The notes beneath the pieces are model-generated. The model had not been told where the DNA came from. It ran no database searches and saw only the letters and a program-made list of their open reading frames with translations. From contig CM059432.1 of NCBI GenBank assembly GCA_030390025.1, forward strand, positions 128,404,001 through 128,468,000: a stretch of 64,000 nt of DNA. Reading direction: 5' to 3'. The stretch is from Squalus acanthias (lineage: Eukaryota). Position numbers and translations under genes: made by a program. This document shows, one piece after another, positions 61,725-64,000 of the stretch (the first letter of the stretch is position 1; each line of letters starts with the position of its first letter).

Positions 61725-63697
61725 TCGTGAATGGTGGAGGATAATTAAACAACTAACAGGAGGAGGAGGCTCCGTGGACATCCCCATCCTCAATGATGGT
61801 GGAGCCCAGCACGCTAGTGCAAAAGACAAGGCTGAAGTGTTTGCAGTCATCTTCAGTCAGAAGTGCCGAGTGGATGATCCATCTCTCCCTCCACCTGAGG
61901 TCCCCACCATCACAGAAGCCAGTCCTTAGCCAATTTGATTCACTCCATGTGATCTCAAGAAACAGCTGAGCGCACTGGATGGGCAACAAAGCAAAAATAA
62001 CATCCCAGCTGTATTGCTGAAGACTTGTGCTCCAGAACTAGCTCTGGCTCTAGCCAAGCTGTTCCAGTACAGCTACAACACTGGCATCTATCAGACAAAG
62101 TGGAAAATTGCCCAGATATGTCCTGCCCACTAAAAGCAGGACATCCAATCTGGCCAGTTACCGCCCCATCAGTCTACTCTCCATCATCAGCAAAGTGATG
62201 GAAGGTGTAGTCGACCATGCTATCCAGTGGCACTTACTCACCAATAACCTGCTCACCAATGCTCAGTTTGGGTTCCACCAGGACCACTCTGCTCCAGACC
62301 TCATTACAGCCTTAGTCCAAACATGGACAAAATACCTGAATTCAAGAGGTGAGGTGAGAGTGACTGCTCTTCACATCAAGGCAGCATTTGACCGAGTGTG
62401 GCATCAAGGAGCCCTAGTAAAATTGAAATCAATGGGAATCGGGGGGGAAACTCTCCACTGGCTGGAGTCATACCCAAAGTTCCGGCTAAGTTGCGTGGTC
62501 GCGTAGTCATCTGCAAGGTCCCGTGCAGGCCACTCACCGGCTTTTCTCTTGTAGATATCGCGCATGCGCAAAAATTTGAATGGGCCACACATTGGGGGAG
62601 GCAGGCCACGCAAGAGGCAGTGGGGCTTATAGGGAACGTTGGTCATACCTAGCACAAAGGAAGATAGTTGTGGTTGTTGGAGGCTGGTCATCTCCATCCC
62701 AAGATATCGCAGCACGAGTTCCTCACGGCAGTGGCCTAGGCCCAACCATCTTCAGCTGCTTCATCAATGACCTTCCCTCAATCATAAGGTCAGAAGTGGG
62801 TTTGTTCGCTGATGATTGCAGTGTTCAGTTCCATTCGCAACTCCGCAGATAATGAAAAGGTCTGTGCCGCATGCAGCAAGACCTAGACGACATTCAGGCT
62901 TAGGCTGATAAGTGGCAAGTAACATTCGCGCCACATAAGTGCCAGGCAATGACCATCTCCAACAAGAGAGAGTCTAACCACCACCCCATGGCATTCAACA
63001 GCATTACTATTATCGAATCCCCCACCATCAATATCCTGGGGGGGTCACCATTGACCAGAAACTTAACTGGACATAAATACTGTGGCAACAAGAGCAGGTC
63101 AGAGGCTGGGTATTCTGCGGCGAGCGTCTCACCTCCCAACTCCCCAAAGCCTTTCCACCATCTACAAGGCACAAGTCAGGAGTGTGATGGAATACTCTCC
63201 ACTTGCCTGGATGAGTGCAGCTCCAACAACATGCAAGAAGCTTGACACCATCAAGGACAAAGCAGCCGACTTGATTGGCACCCCATCCAACACATTAAAC
63301 ATTCACTCCCTCCACCACCGGTGCACCGTGACTGCAGTGTGTATCATCTACAAGATGCACTGCAGCAACTCACCAAGGCTTCTTCGGCAGCACCTCCCAA
63401 ATCTACCACCTAGAAGGGCAAGGGCAGCAGGTGCATGGGAACACCACCACTTGCAAGTTCCCCTCCAAGTCACACACCATCCTGACTTAGAAATATATCG
63501 CTGTTCCTTCATCGTTGCTGGGTCAAAATCCTGGAACTCCCTACCTAACGGCACTGTTGGGAGTACCTTCACCTCAGGGACTGCAGCGGTTCAAGAAGGC
63601 AGCTCACCACCACCTTCCCGAGGGCAATTCGGGATGGGCAGTAAATGCTGGCCTTGCCAGTGACGCCCACATCCCATGAATGAATAAATAAAAATAA
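61725..63697 (+). mobile_element. 5'-truncated CR1/L2-group LINE (same family as 19631-22803)
   Basis: ORFs 62108-62506 (YRPISLL, KAAFDRVWH), 62580-62852, 63082-63663; tail atgaatgaataaataaaa. Confidence 0.92.
62475..62641. mobile_element. hAT-type MITE (167 bp)
   Basis: 8-bp TSD GTCATACC (62467-62474, 62642-62649); imperfect TIR caaagttccggctaag vs reverse complement caacgttccctataag. Confidence 0.88.
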
Positions 63698-64000
63698 CCA
63701 AATAGAAGGGAGAAAATCAGGCTTAGTAAGCAGTATGAAAGAAGATTAGCTTGATGGCTCGGTGGTTAAAATACTGTTTGCATATTGTAAACTACCGCCA
63801 GATTGGAGCTCCAGTAGATTTAAATAGAAATTTTGCAGTAAAAAGTCTCACGTATCTTAGTGGCACAAGAAAAAGCTTATTTTCACATCTGAAATTTTCA
63901 GATAAATATACTTTGCAGTGCGCAGTGCTACTGTATAAATATTCACCATTAGAATATAAATAAGTTGCTATTTAAAATCAGCAGTTTCCACTTAAATTCT

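Overview
Vertebrate non-coding DNA. The repeat content (CR1, L2, Penelope, tRNA-SINEs, Harbinger) points by inference to a cartilaginous fish. I could not identify any host protein-coding exon; every long ORF I could assign belongs to a transposable element. Main results: (1) a ~12.8-kb six-level nested insertion stack at 34232-47050 (SINE > CR1-A > CR1-B > Harbinger > CR1-C > CR1-D); the Harbinger's spliced Myb/SANT gene can be rebuilt in frame across its introns and insertions, with one late frameshift. (2) Seven Penelope-type minimal hammerhead ribozyme motifs of two families, including a young ~220-bp element that is a perfect 79-bp palindrome of two back-to-back hammerheads with a 16-bp TSD. 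(3) Harbinger-like MITEs sharing a promoter-hairpin architecture, two with a conserved array of U1-complementary 5' splice sites. (4) An apparently ORF1-less LINE with a tRNA-derived Pol III head. (5) A 5'-inverted Vingi/Ingi-like LINE inserted into the loop of a DNA hairpin. Family names come from motif recognition, not database searches. Boundaries of old repeats are approximate.
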